DNA of 14,593 nt from Methanobacteriota archaeon (GTDB taxonomy: Archaea > JAADCQ01 > Methanopyri > Methanopyrales > Methanopyraceae): positions 1 to 14,593 of the forward strand of contig JAMOPY010000013.1 of the NCBI GenBank assembly GCA_027064305.1, read 5' to 3'. Shown piece after piece: positions 5,957 to 13,618 of this stretch. A program made the translations under genes and the position numbers. Below the pieces are notes generated by a model. That model was not told the origin of the DNA, made no database searches, and was given only the letters and a program-made list of their open reading frames with translations. Numbering within the stretch: position 1 is the first letter of the stretch; each line of letters opens with the position of its first letter.

Positions 5957-7504
5957 TTGCGCCGGGAGGTGATCCGGCAGGGGTTGATCTACGCGTGCGA
6001 GGAGATGGGGGCGCACCTGCGTCGGAGCGCGTTCTCGCCCAACATTCGGGAGCGGGAGGATTTCTCCTGCGCGGTGTACGACGCGGAGGGGGAGCTCGTC
6101 GCGCAGGCGGAGCACATCCCGGTGCACCTGGGGTCCATGCGCTGGGCCGTTCGGGCGGTGCTGGAGGAGTTCGATCCGGGGGAGATGGAGCCCGGGGATG
6201 CGTTTCTAGTGAACGATCCGTACCGGGGCGGCACGCACCTGCCGGATCTGACCGTCGTCGCGCCGATCTTTCACGAGGGGGAGCCGCTGGGGTTCGCGGC
6301 GGTCCGCGCGCATCACGCGGACGTGGGCGGGAAGGCGCCGGGGAGCATGCCGCACGATGCGGAGGACGTGTACGCGGAGGGGCTGCGGATCCCGCCGGTC
6401 CGGCTGGCGGAGGGTGGGGAGCCTCGGGAGGAGTTGCTGCGGCTGGTCGAGGCCAACTCGCGCGGGGGGCGGGAGCGGCGGTACGACCTGATGGCGCAGC
6501 TCTCCGCCGCGCTGTTGGGCTGCGAGCGGGTGGGGGAGCTGGTGGAGGAGCACGGGGTGGAGGCGTTCCGGGAGGCGTGCGAGTGGGCGAAGGAGTACGC
6601 GGAGCGGCGCATGAGGCGGGCGATCGAGCGGCTGCCGGACGGGGAGTATCACGGGGCGGATCGGCTGGAGGGTGATGGGGTCTCGGACGGGGACGTGTGG
6701 ATCAAGGTGACCGTGAGCGTGGAGGGGGATGAGATCACGGTCGATTTCTCGGGGACGAGCGAGCAGGTGGACGGGCCGGTCAACGCCCCGTTGCCGGTGA
6801 CGTACTCGGCGGTCTTCTTCGTGCTCAAGGCCGCGCTGGACCCGGGGACGCCCGCGTCGGAGGGGGCGTACCGGCCCATTCGCGTGCGGGCTCCGGAGGG
6901 GACGGTGGTCAACCCGCGCCCGCCGGCCCCCGTGTGCGCGGGCAACGTGGAGACGTCGCAGCGCATCGTGGACGCGGTGCTGGACGCGCTGCGGGGGGCG
7001 ATCCCCGACCTGCCGGCCCACTCGCACGGGTCGATGAACAACGTGGCGATCGGGGGCCCGGACTTCGCGTACTACGAGACGATCGGTGGGGGCGCGGGGG
7101 CCTCCCCGGAGCGGGACGGGGAGAGCGCCGTGCACGTGTACCTGACCAACACGGCCAACACGCCGGTGGAGCACGTGGAGCGGGAGTACCCGATCCGGAT
7201 CCTGGAGTACACGGTCCGTCGGGGGAGCGGTGGTGCGGGGGAGCGGCGGGGCGGGGACGGGATCGTGCGCCGGTACCTGGCGCTGGAGCGGTGTCGGGTC
7301 ACGGTGCTGGGGGACAGGGTGGAGCGGGGTCCGAGGGGGGCGGAGGGCGGTGAGCCGGGCGCGCCCGCTGAGTACTTGGTGGAGCGGGCGGACGGGTCGG
7401 TGGAGCGGTTGGGGTCGAAGGATTCGACCGTGCTCGAGCCGGGTGACATGCTCGTCGTGAAGACGGCCGGAGGCGGTGGGTACGGGCGGGTGGGAAAGGC
7501 ATGA
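5957..7504 (+). CDS. hyuB: Hydantoinase B / 5-oxoprolinase subunit B family protein
   Basis: EEMG..LRRSAFSPNIREREDFSCA, HIPVHLGSM, NDPYRGGTHLPD, HHADVGG..PGSM, EGLRIPP, GNVETSQR, YETIGGGAGA, NTPVE, and terminal TAGGGGYG. Confidence 0.93.
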   Translation: MRREVIRQGLIYACEEMGAHLRRSAFSPNIREREDFSCAVYDAEGELVAQAEHIPVHLGSMRWAVRAVLEEFDPGEMEPGDAFLVNDPYRGGTHLPDLTVVAPIFHEGEPLGFAAVRAHHADVGGKAPGSMPHDAEDVYAEGLRIPPVRLAEGGEPREELLRLVEANSRGGRERRYDLMAQLSAALLGCERVGELVEEHGVEAFREACEWAKEYAERRMRRAIERLPDGEYHGADRLEGDGVSDGDVWIKVTVSVEGDEITVDFSGTSEQVDGPVNAPLPVTYSAVFFVLKAALDPGTPASEGAYRPIRVRAPEGTVVNPRPPAPVCAGNVETSQRIVDAVLDALRGAIPDLPAHSHGSMNNVAIGGPDFAYYETIGGGAGASPERDGESAVHVYLTNTANTPVEHVEREYPIRILEYTVRRGSGGAGERRGGDGIVRRYLALERCRVTVLGDRVERGPRGAEGGEPGAPAEYLVERADGSVERLGSKDSTVLEPGDMLVVKTAGGGGYGRVGKA

Positions 7505-7788
7505 GGATCTCCGAGTTCCAGCGGTTGATGGACGAGATTTACGGGGAGAAGGACCGGGAGCGGGGCCCGGAGCGGACGCTGCTCTGGCTGGTGGAGGAGG
7601 TGGGGGAGCTGGCGGAGGCGGTGCGTCGCGGGGACGAGGAGGGGATTCGAGAGGAGCTGGCGGATGTGATCGCGTGGGCCTTCTCGCTGGCCAACGTGGT
7701 CGGGGTGGACGTGGAGGAGCTGCTGAGGGAAAAGTACCCGGGGAAGTGCCCGAAGTGCGGGCGGAAGCCCTGCCGGTGCGGCGAGTGA
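7501..7788 (+). CDS. MazG-like nucleotide pyrophosphohydrolase with Cys-rich tail
   Basis: ATGA overlap with hyuB. LVEEVGELAEA...EELADV...SLAN motif. C-terminal CPKCGRKPCRC. Confidence 0.9.
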   Translation: MRISEFQRLMDEIYGEKDRERGPERTLLWLVEEVGELAEAVRRGDEEGIREELADVIAWAFSLANVVGVDVEELLREKYPGKCPKCGRKPCRCGE

Positions 7789-8900
7789 GGGATGGGGTGA
7801 TCACGGCGGATCTGGGGTTGGTGGGCGAGGGTCTGGAGCCCTACGCGCCGGTGACGGTGGAGGTGCGGGACGGGGTGGTTCGTCGGGTCGAGGAGGGTCG
7901 CGAGCGGGGTGGTCGGTCCTACGACGCGCTCCTTCCGGCCCCGTTCAACGCCCACGTTCACGCGGCGGATTGGGCGTTTCGTCACGCGGGTCTGGGGCGG
8001 CCGCTGGAGCGGGTGGTGGCCCCGCCGGACGGGTTGAAGCACCGGCTGTTGAGGGAGGTGGATAAGGGGGAGCTGGAGGGGGCGATCGCGGGGTTTCTGG
8101 CGGCGTCGTTGCGGTTCGGCTGCCCGGGCGTGGCGGACTTTCGGGAGGGTGGTCCGGAGGGGGTGCGGTTGGGGCTGAGGGCGGCGGGCCGGGTGGGGTT
8201 CCCGGAATACGTGCCGATGGGTCGTCCGGGCTCGTGGGAGCCGGAGCGGTTGGAGGGGGAGCTGCGGCGGTTGCGGGCGGTGACGGAGTTCGTGGGCGTG
8301 CCGGACGTGCACCTGCCGGGGGAGGCGTTGGAGGCGGTGCGGGACTCGGGGCTGCGGGTGTTCGTGCACGTGAACGAGAGCTGGCGGTCGGTGCGGGAGT
8401 GCGTGCGGGAGCACGGGGTGACGGAGCTGGAGCGGGCGGTGGAGCTGCTGGAGCCGGACGGGGTGGTGCACTGCGTGGTGTTGACGGGCCGGGATGAGGA
8501 GCTGCTCAGGGAGTTGGATCCCTTGGTCGTGCTCTGCCCGCGCTCGAACGAGTACTTCGAGCTCGGGGTGCCGGAGGTGGAGCGGCTGCGGGGGTTGAGG
8601 CTCGCGCTGGGCACGGACAACGGGATGTGCGTGGAGCCGGACGTGTGGGAGGAGGCCCGGTACGCCTGGCTGCGGTTGGGGATGCGGCCGGTGGACGCGC
8701 TTCGGGCGGCGACGGTGACGCCGGCCCGGTTCTTCGGACTTCCGGTGTTGGAGGAGGGGGAGCGGTTGCGGGCGGTGGGGCTAAAGGGCGTGCCGGCGCT
8801 GGATCGGGTGGCGGGGGAGGGGTTGAACCGGGTGGTGGCTCACCTGCTGCAGGTGGTGAAGTTGGCCCGGGTGGAGGTGCTGCTGGGGGAGGGTGGTTGA
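7785..8900 (+). CDS. Metal-dependent amidohydrolase (SsnA/TRZ-ATZ deaminase-like)
   Basis: Start re-called to the GTG overlapping the MazG stop (GTGA); the track start at 7476 overlaps MazG entirely. Motifs PFNAHVHAAD (HxH), DFREGG, VHVNE, VHCV, CPRSN and LGTDNG. Confidence 0.88.
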   Translation: MRDGVITADLGLVGEGLEPYAPVTVEVRDGVVRRVEEGRERGGRSYDALLPAPFNAHVHAADWAFRHAGLGRPLERVVAPPDGLKHRLLREVDKGELEGAIAGFLAASLRFGCPGVADFREGGPEGVRLGLRAAGRVGFPEYVPMGRPGSWEPERLEGELRRLRAVTEFVGVPDVHLPGEALEAVRDSGLRVFVHVNESWRSVRECVREHGVTELERAVELLEPDGVVHCVVLTGRDEELLRELDPLVVLCPRSNEYFELGVPEVERLRGLRLALGTDNGMCVEPDVWEEARYAWLRLGMRPVDALRAATVTPARFFGLPVLEEGERLRAVGLKGVPALDRVAGEGLNRVVAHLLQVVKLARVEVLLGEGG

Positions 8901-9289
8901 TGGTTCGGTACGTCGTGCTGATGGACGGTTCGGATCCCTCGTTTCGGGCGCTGGAGTACGCGCGGGAGCGGACGGAGGACGTGATCGCGGTGTACCTGAT
9001 CGACGCGCGGGCGTTCAAGGGGTTGAACGAGGAGATGGCGCGGGCGTTGAGGGAGTTCATGCGTCAGGAGGCGTCCCTGATCGAGGAGCTGGTGAGGCGG
9101 GAGTACGGGGCGCGGTTCGAGGTGGTGGAGGGGGAGGGTCCGGAGGCCGTGATGGAGTTCGCGAAGGAGGCGGGCGCCGACGCGGTGGTGGTGGGCGTGG
9201 GCAGCGTGCCGGGGTTCGAGAAGATCACGCTCCGGCGCGGGATCGAGGAGTGCGTGCGGGATGTGCCGGTGATCTTGGTCCCGGGTTAG
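8900..9289 (+). CDS. Universal stress protein (UspA family)
   Basis: Start re-called to the ATG in the TGATG overlap. MVRYVVLMDGSDPSFRALEYA...EGEGPEAVMEFAKEAGADAVVVG...VPVILV; 129 aa. Confidence 0.88.
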   Translation: MVRYVVLMDGSDPSFRALEYARERTEDVIAVYLIDARAFKGLNEEMARALREFMRQEASLIEELVRREYGARFEVVEGEGPEAVMEFAKEAGADAVVVGVGSVPGFEKITLRRGIEECVRDVPVILVPG

Positions 9290-10887
9290 CCGAGCTCCTT
9301 GCCCATGTACGGGCCCACGCGCTCGTAGCCCAACCGTCGGTAGTACTCCCGGGTGCCGATGGCGCTGATCACGAGGATCCTCTCCGCGCCGAGCTCGCTC
9401 TCCGCGAGCTCCTCCGCCTTCTTCATCAGCCGCTCGCCGAATCCGCGGTGCTGCACCGCCTTCGAGTCCCGCTCGCCGAGGGGGACGGTGGGTCCGACGA
9501 CCTTCAGCTCGCGCACGATGGCGGTCTCCGGGTCGATCTCGGGGCGGTGCGCGTGCTCCGTGGGCTTCCGTAGGCGCAGGTACCCGAGGATCGCGTCCGC
9601 CTCCGGGTCCTCGTAGGCCAGGAAGTAGTCGACGCCGCCCCGCCACGTCCGCTCCCGGATGATGCGCAGCTCGGCCCGCTCCGGGTCGACCTCGGCTCCC
9701 TCGCGCATTCGGTGACCCGCCTCCCGGCACCGGATGCACCGGCACTTCCAGCCGCGCTCCTCCATGTACTCGTGGACGAGCTGCCGCAGGTTCGTCTTTC
9801 GGATGCCCGCCGCGGCCAGGTGCGCCGGGATGTCCCGCTGCACGCGCATGATCCGGCAGTACTCGGGGATGTACCGGCGCTTGGCCTCCGCGATCACCCG
9901 CACGGCCGTTTCCTCGTCGTACGGCTCGTACTCGCCCCGCTTCCACAGGTCGTAGAGGGGCGTGTCCTCGAAGACCATGCACGGGTAAATCTTCAGCATG
10001 TCCGGCTTGAACCGCGGGTCCTTGAACAGGCGCTTGAACATGCGGAGGTCCCGGTCGGGATCGGACCCGGGCAGGCCCGGCATCACGTGGTAGCACACCT
10101 TGAGGCCGGCGTCCTTCAGGATCCGGGTGGCCTCGATCGTGTCCCGGACCGTGTGGCCCCGCTCGACGCGCTTGAGGATGAAGTCGTAGATCGTCTGCAC
10201 GCCCACCTCGACGCGCGTGGCGCCCAGCCGGAGCATCCGGTCCACGTGCTCCTCCTTGCAGTAATCCGGGCGGGTCTCGAACGTGATCCCCACGGGCCGG
10301 TGCTCGGCGGTCTCCGCGTGCTTCTGCGCCTCCTCGATCGTGAGCGCGTCCTTGCCCGTCAGCGCGTTGAGGCACTCCCGCACGAACCACTCCTGGTAGC
10401 AGAGGGGCATGGCCGGGAACGTGCCGCCCATGATGATGAGCTCGACCTTGTCCGTCGGGTGACCCGAGATCTCCAGCTGGCGCAGCCGGGCCTCCACCTG
10501 GCGGCGCGGGTGGAAGTCGTGCTCCTTGGCCCGACGACCGGCCGGCTCCTTGCCCGTGTAGCTCTGCGGGACGCCCCGCTCCGGCCCGCCCGGGCAGTAC
10601 GCGCAGCGCCCGTGCGGGCAGGGGTACGGCTTCGCCATCACGGCGACGACGGCCACGCCCGAGATCGACCGGACGGGCTTCTTCACCACGATCTCGCGGA
10701 GCTTCCTCCGCTCCTCGGGCGTCGCGTGCTCCAGCACGTCCGCGTCCGTCGGGAACTTGGACAGCCGGTACTTACGACAGACCTCCCGCTTCGCGTCCTG
10801 CAGCTCCCTCTTCGTCCGGATCTCGCCCGAGAGCATTTTTTCGATCAGCTCGCGGCAGGCCCGCTCGAAGGCCTCGGTCTCGGACAA
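9286..10887 (-). CDS. elp3: Elp3, radical SAM + GNAT tRNA uridine(34) carboxymethyltransferase/acetyltransferase
   Basis: KPVRSISGVAVVAVM, CPHGRCAYCPGGP (radical SAM Cys motif), PQSYTGKEPA, MGGTF, ETRPD, KIYP, RVQRDIP, CRCIRCRE, QHRGFG, ISAIGTREYYRRLGY. TTG start with GGGGTGAG SD. Confidence 0.97.
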   Translation of the reverse strand: MSETEAFERACRELIEKMLSGEIRTKRELQDAKREVCRKYRLSKFPTDADVLEHATPEERRKLREIVVKKPVRSISGVAVVAVMAKPYPCPHGRCAYCPGGPERGVPQSYTGKEPAGRRAKEHDFHPRRQVEARLRQLEISGHPTDKVELIIMGGTFPAMPLCYQEWFVRECLNALTGKDALTIEEAQKHAETAEHRPVGITFETRPDYCKEEHVDRMLRLGATRVEVGVQTIYDFILKRVERGHTVRDTIEATRILKDAGLKVCYHVMPGLPGSDPDRDLRMFKRLFKDPRFKPDMLKIYPCMVFEDTPLYDLWKRGEYEPYDEETAVRVIAEAKRRYIPEYCRIMRVQRDIPAHLAAAGIRKTNLRQLVHEYMEERGWKCRCIRCREAGHRMREGAEVDPERAELRIIRERTWRGGVDYFLAYEDPEADAILGYLRLRKPTEHAHRPEIDPETAIVRELKVVGPTVPLGERDSKAVQHRGFGERLMKKAEELAESELGAERILVISAIGTREYYRRLGYERVGPYMGKELG

Positions 10888-10915
10888 CGCGTCTCACCCC
10901 CGTGGGGTGGTTGGG

Positions 10916-11428
10916 GTGCCCGGGATCGCGAAGCTCGCGGGGACCGCGCTCAAGGTGGGGTACGGGTGGGGCAAGACCCTCCAAACGTTGGGAATCAGCG
11001 CGCTCCTGCACTGGGGGATCTGGGGGCCGGTCGGGCTGGCGGTGGTGGTGGGCGTGTTCTTCCACGAGCTGGGGCACTACCTCGCCTGCCGGCTGCTGAG
11101 GGTGCCGGCGTCCGCCCCCGTGTTCCTCCCGCTCGGCGGGGCCTTCGTCGAGCACCTGCCCACCACGCCGGACACGGAGGCGCTCATCGCGGCGGCGGGC
11201 CCGTTCAGCGGGGCGCTCGCCGGGCTGATCCTCCTGCCGATCGTCCCGCACGGGGCCGCCTGGAACGCCGCGCTGCAGCTGGCCAACCTGCTCCCGATCC
11301 CGCCGCTGGACGGGTCCAAGGTGCTGGCGGGGCTGAGGGTCACCTCGGCCCGCTCGCTCGCGGCCCTGGGGCTGGCCGCGCTGACCGTGCCGCTCTGCGC
11401 GGTGCCGGTGGCGCTCGTCCTCCACTAG
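10916..11428 (+). CDS. Small site-2 protease (peptidase M50) family membrane metalloprotease
   Basis: Start re-called to GTG 10916 after GGGGTGG (the track start lies inside elp3). HELGH (HExxH) in a hydrophobic segment, AAAGP and NLLPIPPLDG; 170 aa. Confidence 0.9.
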   Translation: MPGIAKLAGTALKVGYGWGKTLQTLGISALLHWGIWGPVGLAVVVGVFFHELGHYLACRLLRVPASAPVFLPLGGAFVEHLPTTPDTEALIAAAGPFSGALAGLILLPIVPHGAAWNAALQLANLLPIPPLDGSKVLAGLRVTSARSLAALGLAALTVPLCAVPVALVLH

Positions 11429-11438
11429 GCACGCAACG

Positions 11439-11446
11439 TTTTTAAA
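11439..11446 (+). promoter_or_regulatory. TATA box of tRNA-Thr
   Basis: TTTTTAAA ending 28 nt upstream of the mature tRNA 5' end. Confidence 0.75.
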
Positions 11447-11473
11447 CGTGAGGGAGGGGCCCGGTACGGGCGC

Positions 11474-11551
<78 letters not shown>

Positions 11552-11556
11552 CCGGA

Positions 11557-11581
11557 AATCGTTACGATTCTCATAACGATC
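11557..11581. repeat. 25-bp imperfect palindrome, copy 2
   Basis: AATCGTTACGATTCTCATAACGATC between the tRNA and the convergent PP-loop gene; arms ATCGTTACGA / TCATAACGAT with one mismatch. Confidence 0.7.
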
Positions 11582-11592
11582 CTCGAGTCGGA

Positions 11593-12450
11593 TCAGCGCA
11601 GGGAGGGAAACCGATCCCGCCCGCACGCGACGTCGGCCAGCGCCATCCGGGCCAACCCCCGAGCCACGTTCTCCACGGCGAGCTCGTCCCGAACGCGGGC
11701 CAGCCGGCGGATCCCCTCCACGGCCTCCGCGGCCAGCCGGCGGGGGGAGTCGGCGTCCCGGTACCGCTTCGCGTGCGGGCACTCCGGCTCGACCCTAGGC
11801 AGGCCCAACCGCTCGCGGATCTCCCGGTAGATCCGGGCCGTGCGGAGCTCGCTGACCACGTACAGGGGACGGAGGAGGTAGGCGTCATCCTCCTCCAGGT
11901 ACTCCGCGGGCGGGAACGTGCCCGCTCCCCGGGCCCGGTTCGCGCTCATCAGCAGCGTCTCCAGCGCGTCCTCGGCCGTGTGCCCGTACACGACCCAGTC
12001 GTACCGCTCCGCGAGCTCCCGGCGGCGCAGGGCGGAGCAAACCTTGCACGGCGGCTTGTTCATCTCCTCCGCCAGGTCCTCCACGTCCTCGGACGGTCGC
12101 ACGAACTTCAGCCTGTAGCCCAACTCCTCGGCCATCCGCTCCAGGTCCCGCCGATACGGGCGCCAGATCTCCACCCCTCGGACGCGCACGTCGACGGTCA
12201 CGAGCCGCGCCTCCGCGTCCCACCCCTCGAGGAAGGGTCGAAGGGCGAGCGCGCAGGTGAAGCTGTCCTTGCCCCCGCTGAAACCGATCGCCAGGTCGCC
12301 CTCGGGCTCGCCGAACGCCTCGGAGACCGCCTCCAGCACGGCGGAGACGTTCTCGTGGACCCTCCGGTAATCCTCCCCGTACACGGAGTTGGGGGCGAGC
12401 GGCCTCGCGTCCCAGGACACGGTCAACCCTTTCAGCCTCGTGACCCGCAC
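11593..12450 (-). CDS. TtcA/TtuA(Ctu1/NcsA)-like PP-loop ATPase, probable tRNA thiolation enzyme
   Basis: GFSGGKDS (PP-loop), PCKVCSALRR (CxxC), GHTAED, LRPLY and CPHA. Start re-called to GTG 12450 after GAGGGGG; the track's extra N-terminus overlaps the sRNA candidate. Confidence 0.87.
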   Translation of the reverse strand: MRVTRLKGLTVSWDARPLAPNSVYGEDYRRVHENVSAVLEAVSEAFGEPEGDLAIGFSGGKDSFTCALALRPFLEGWDAEARLVTVDVRVRGVEIWRPYRRDLERMAEELGYRLKFVRPSEDVEDLAEEMNKPPCKVCSALRRRELAERYDWVVYGHTAEDALETLLMSANRARGAGTFPPAEYLEEDDAYLLRPLYVVSELRTARIYREIRERLGLPRVEPECPHAKRYRDADSPRRLAAEAVEGIRRLARVRDELAVENVARGLARMALADVACGRDRFPSLR

Positions 12451-12457
12451 GGGCCGT

Positions 12458-12525
12458 CCCCCTCGGCAGCGGTCTCCCCGATCATCCCGCCCTCGGGTCA
12501 CCCCCGCCCTCTCGTCATCCGGGGG
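12458..12525 (-). ncRNA. Candidate C/D box guide sRNA
   Basis: Minus strand reads CCCCC-GG-ATGACGA(C)-GAGGGCGGGG-GTGA(D')-CCCGAGGGCGGG-ATGATCG(C')-GGGAGACCGCTG-CCGA(D)-GGGGG: 68 nt, 5-bp terminal stem, guides of 10 and 12 nt. Confidence 0.75.
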
Positions 12526-12535
12526 TGAGGGGCGC

Positions 12536-13618
12536 GTGTGGAGGGCGGAGCGACGGCTGGCGCTGGTCTACGACGAGGAGTACCTGGAGCACGAGCAGCA
12601 CCCCACGCACCCGGAGCGGCGGGAGCGCCTCTCCTACACCGTGGACCGGCTGCGCGAGGAGGGCGTGCTCGAGGTGGAGGGGATCGAGCTGGTCGAGCCG
12701 AGGCCGGCGGGGAGGGAGGAGCTTGAGCTGGTGCACGAGCCGGAGCACGTGGAACTGATCCGCCGGATGAGCGAGCAGGGTGGCGGGGTCATCGACGCGG
12801 ACACGATCGTCACGGGTCGCACGTACGAGCAGGCGAGGCTGGCGGCGGGCGGGGCCCTCCGGGCGGTCGAGCTGACGGTGAGCGGGGAGTACGACGTCGC
12901 CTTCGCCATGGTGAGGCCGCCCGGGCACCACGCGGGCCGGGCGAAGGCGGCGGGCTTCTGCTACTTCAACAACGTTGCGATCGCCGCGGAGTACGCGCTC
13001 CGGGAGCTCGGCGTGGAGCGGATCGCGATCCTGGACTGGGACGCGCACCACGGGGACGGGACGCAGGAGATCTTCTACGACCGGGACGACGTGCTGTACG
13101 TCTCCATTCACCAGGACGGTAGGACCCTGTACCCGGGCACCGGGTTCCCGCATGAGGTGGGTGAGGGGAGGGGCGAGGGGTACACCGTGAACATCCCGGT
13201 ACCCCCGGGCTCGGGGGACCGCACCTACCGACGGGCCTTCGAGCGGATCATCGACCCGATCGTGCGCGAGTACGGGCCCGACCTGATCCTGATCTCCGCG
13301 GGCCAGGACTGCCACTTCACCGACCCGATCACGAACCTGTCGGTGACCGCCCGCGGCTACGAGTGGATGATGCGGAGGGCGGTGAAGCTGGCCGAGGAGG
13401 TGAACGCCCTAGGTCCCGTGGCGGTGCTGGAGGGCGGCTACTCCGTGGAGGACGGGCTCCCGTACACCAACCTGGCCGTCATCTGCGGGCTGGCCGGGCT
13501 GCCCACGGACCTGCGCGAGCCGGTCGGGTCACCGGAGGAGAACCCGGAGGGCCCCGAGCGGGTGGAGGAGGTGGCACGGCGCCTCTCGGGGTACTGGGAG
13601 GTCCTCAGCCGGTCCTGA
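12536..13618 (+). CDS. Zn-dependent histone deacetylase family protein (HDAC/AcuC/HdaH-like)
   Basis: Start re-called to GTG 12536 after GGGGGTGAGG. HPERRERL, RPPGHHA, GFCYFNN, LDWDAHHGDGTQ, SIHQ..LYPGTG, SAGQD and LEGGY. Confidence 0.95.
   Translation: MWRAERRLALVYDEEYLEHEQHPTHPERRERLSYTVDRLREEGVLEVEGIELVEPRPAGREELELVHEPEHVELIRRMSEQGGGVIDADTIVTGRTYEQARLAAGGALRAVELTVSGEYDVAFAMVRPPGHHAGRAKAAGFCYFNNVAIAAEYALRELGVERIAILDWDAHHGDGTQEIFYDRDDVLYVSIHQDGRTLYPGTGFPHEVGEGRGEGYTVNIPVPPGSGDRTYRRAFERIIDPIVREYGPDLILISAGQDCHFTDPITNLSVTARGYEWMMRRAVKLAEEVNALGPVAVLEGGYSVEDGLPYTNLAVICGLAGLPTDLREPVGSPEENPEGPERVEEVARRLSGYWEVLSRS

Noticed and set aside
7476-7784. Track N-terminal extensions of the amidohydrolase (also 8627-8899 for Usp, 10757-10915 for S2P, 12389-12535 for the deacetylase)
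   Set aside because: They overlap neighbouring genes and are low-complexity; downstream starts with SD motifs or stop/start overlaps fit better.
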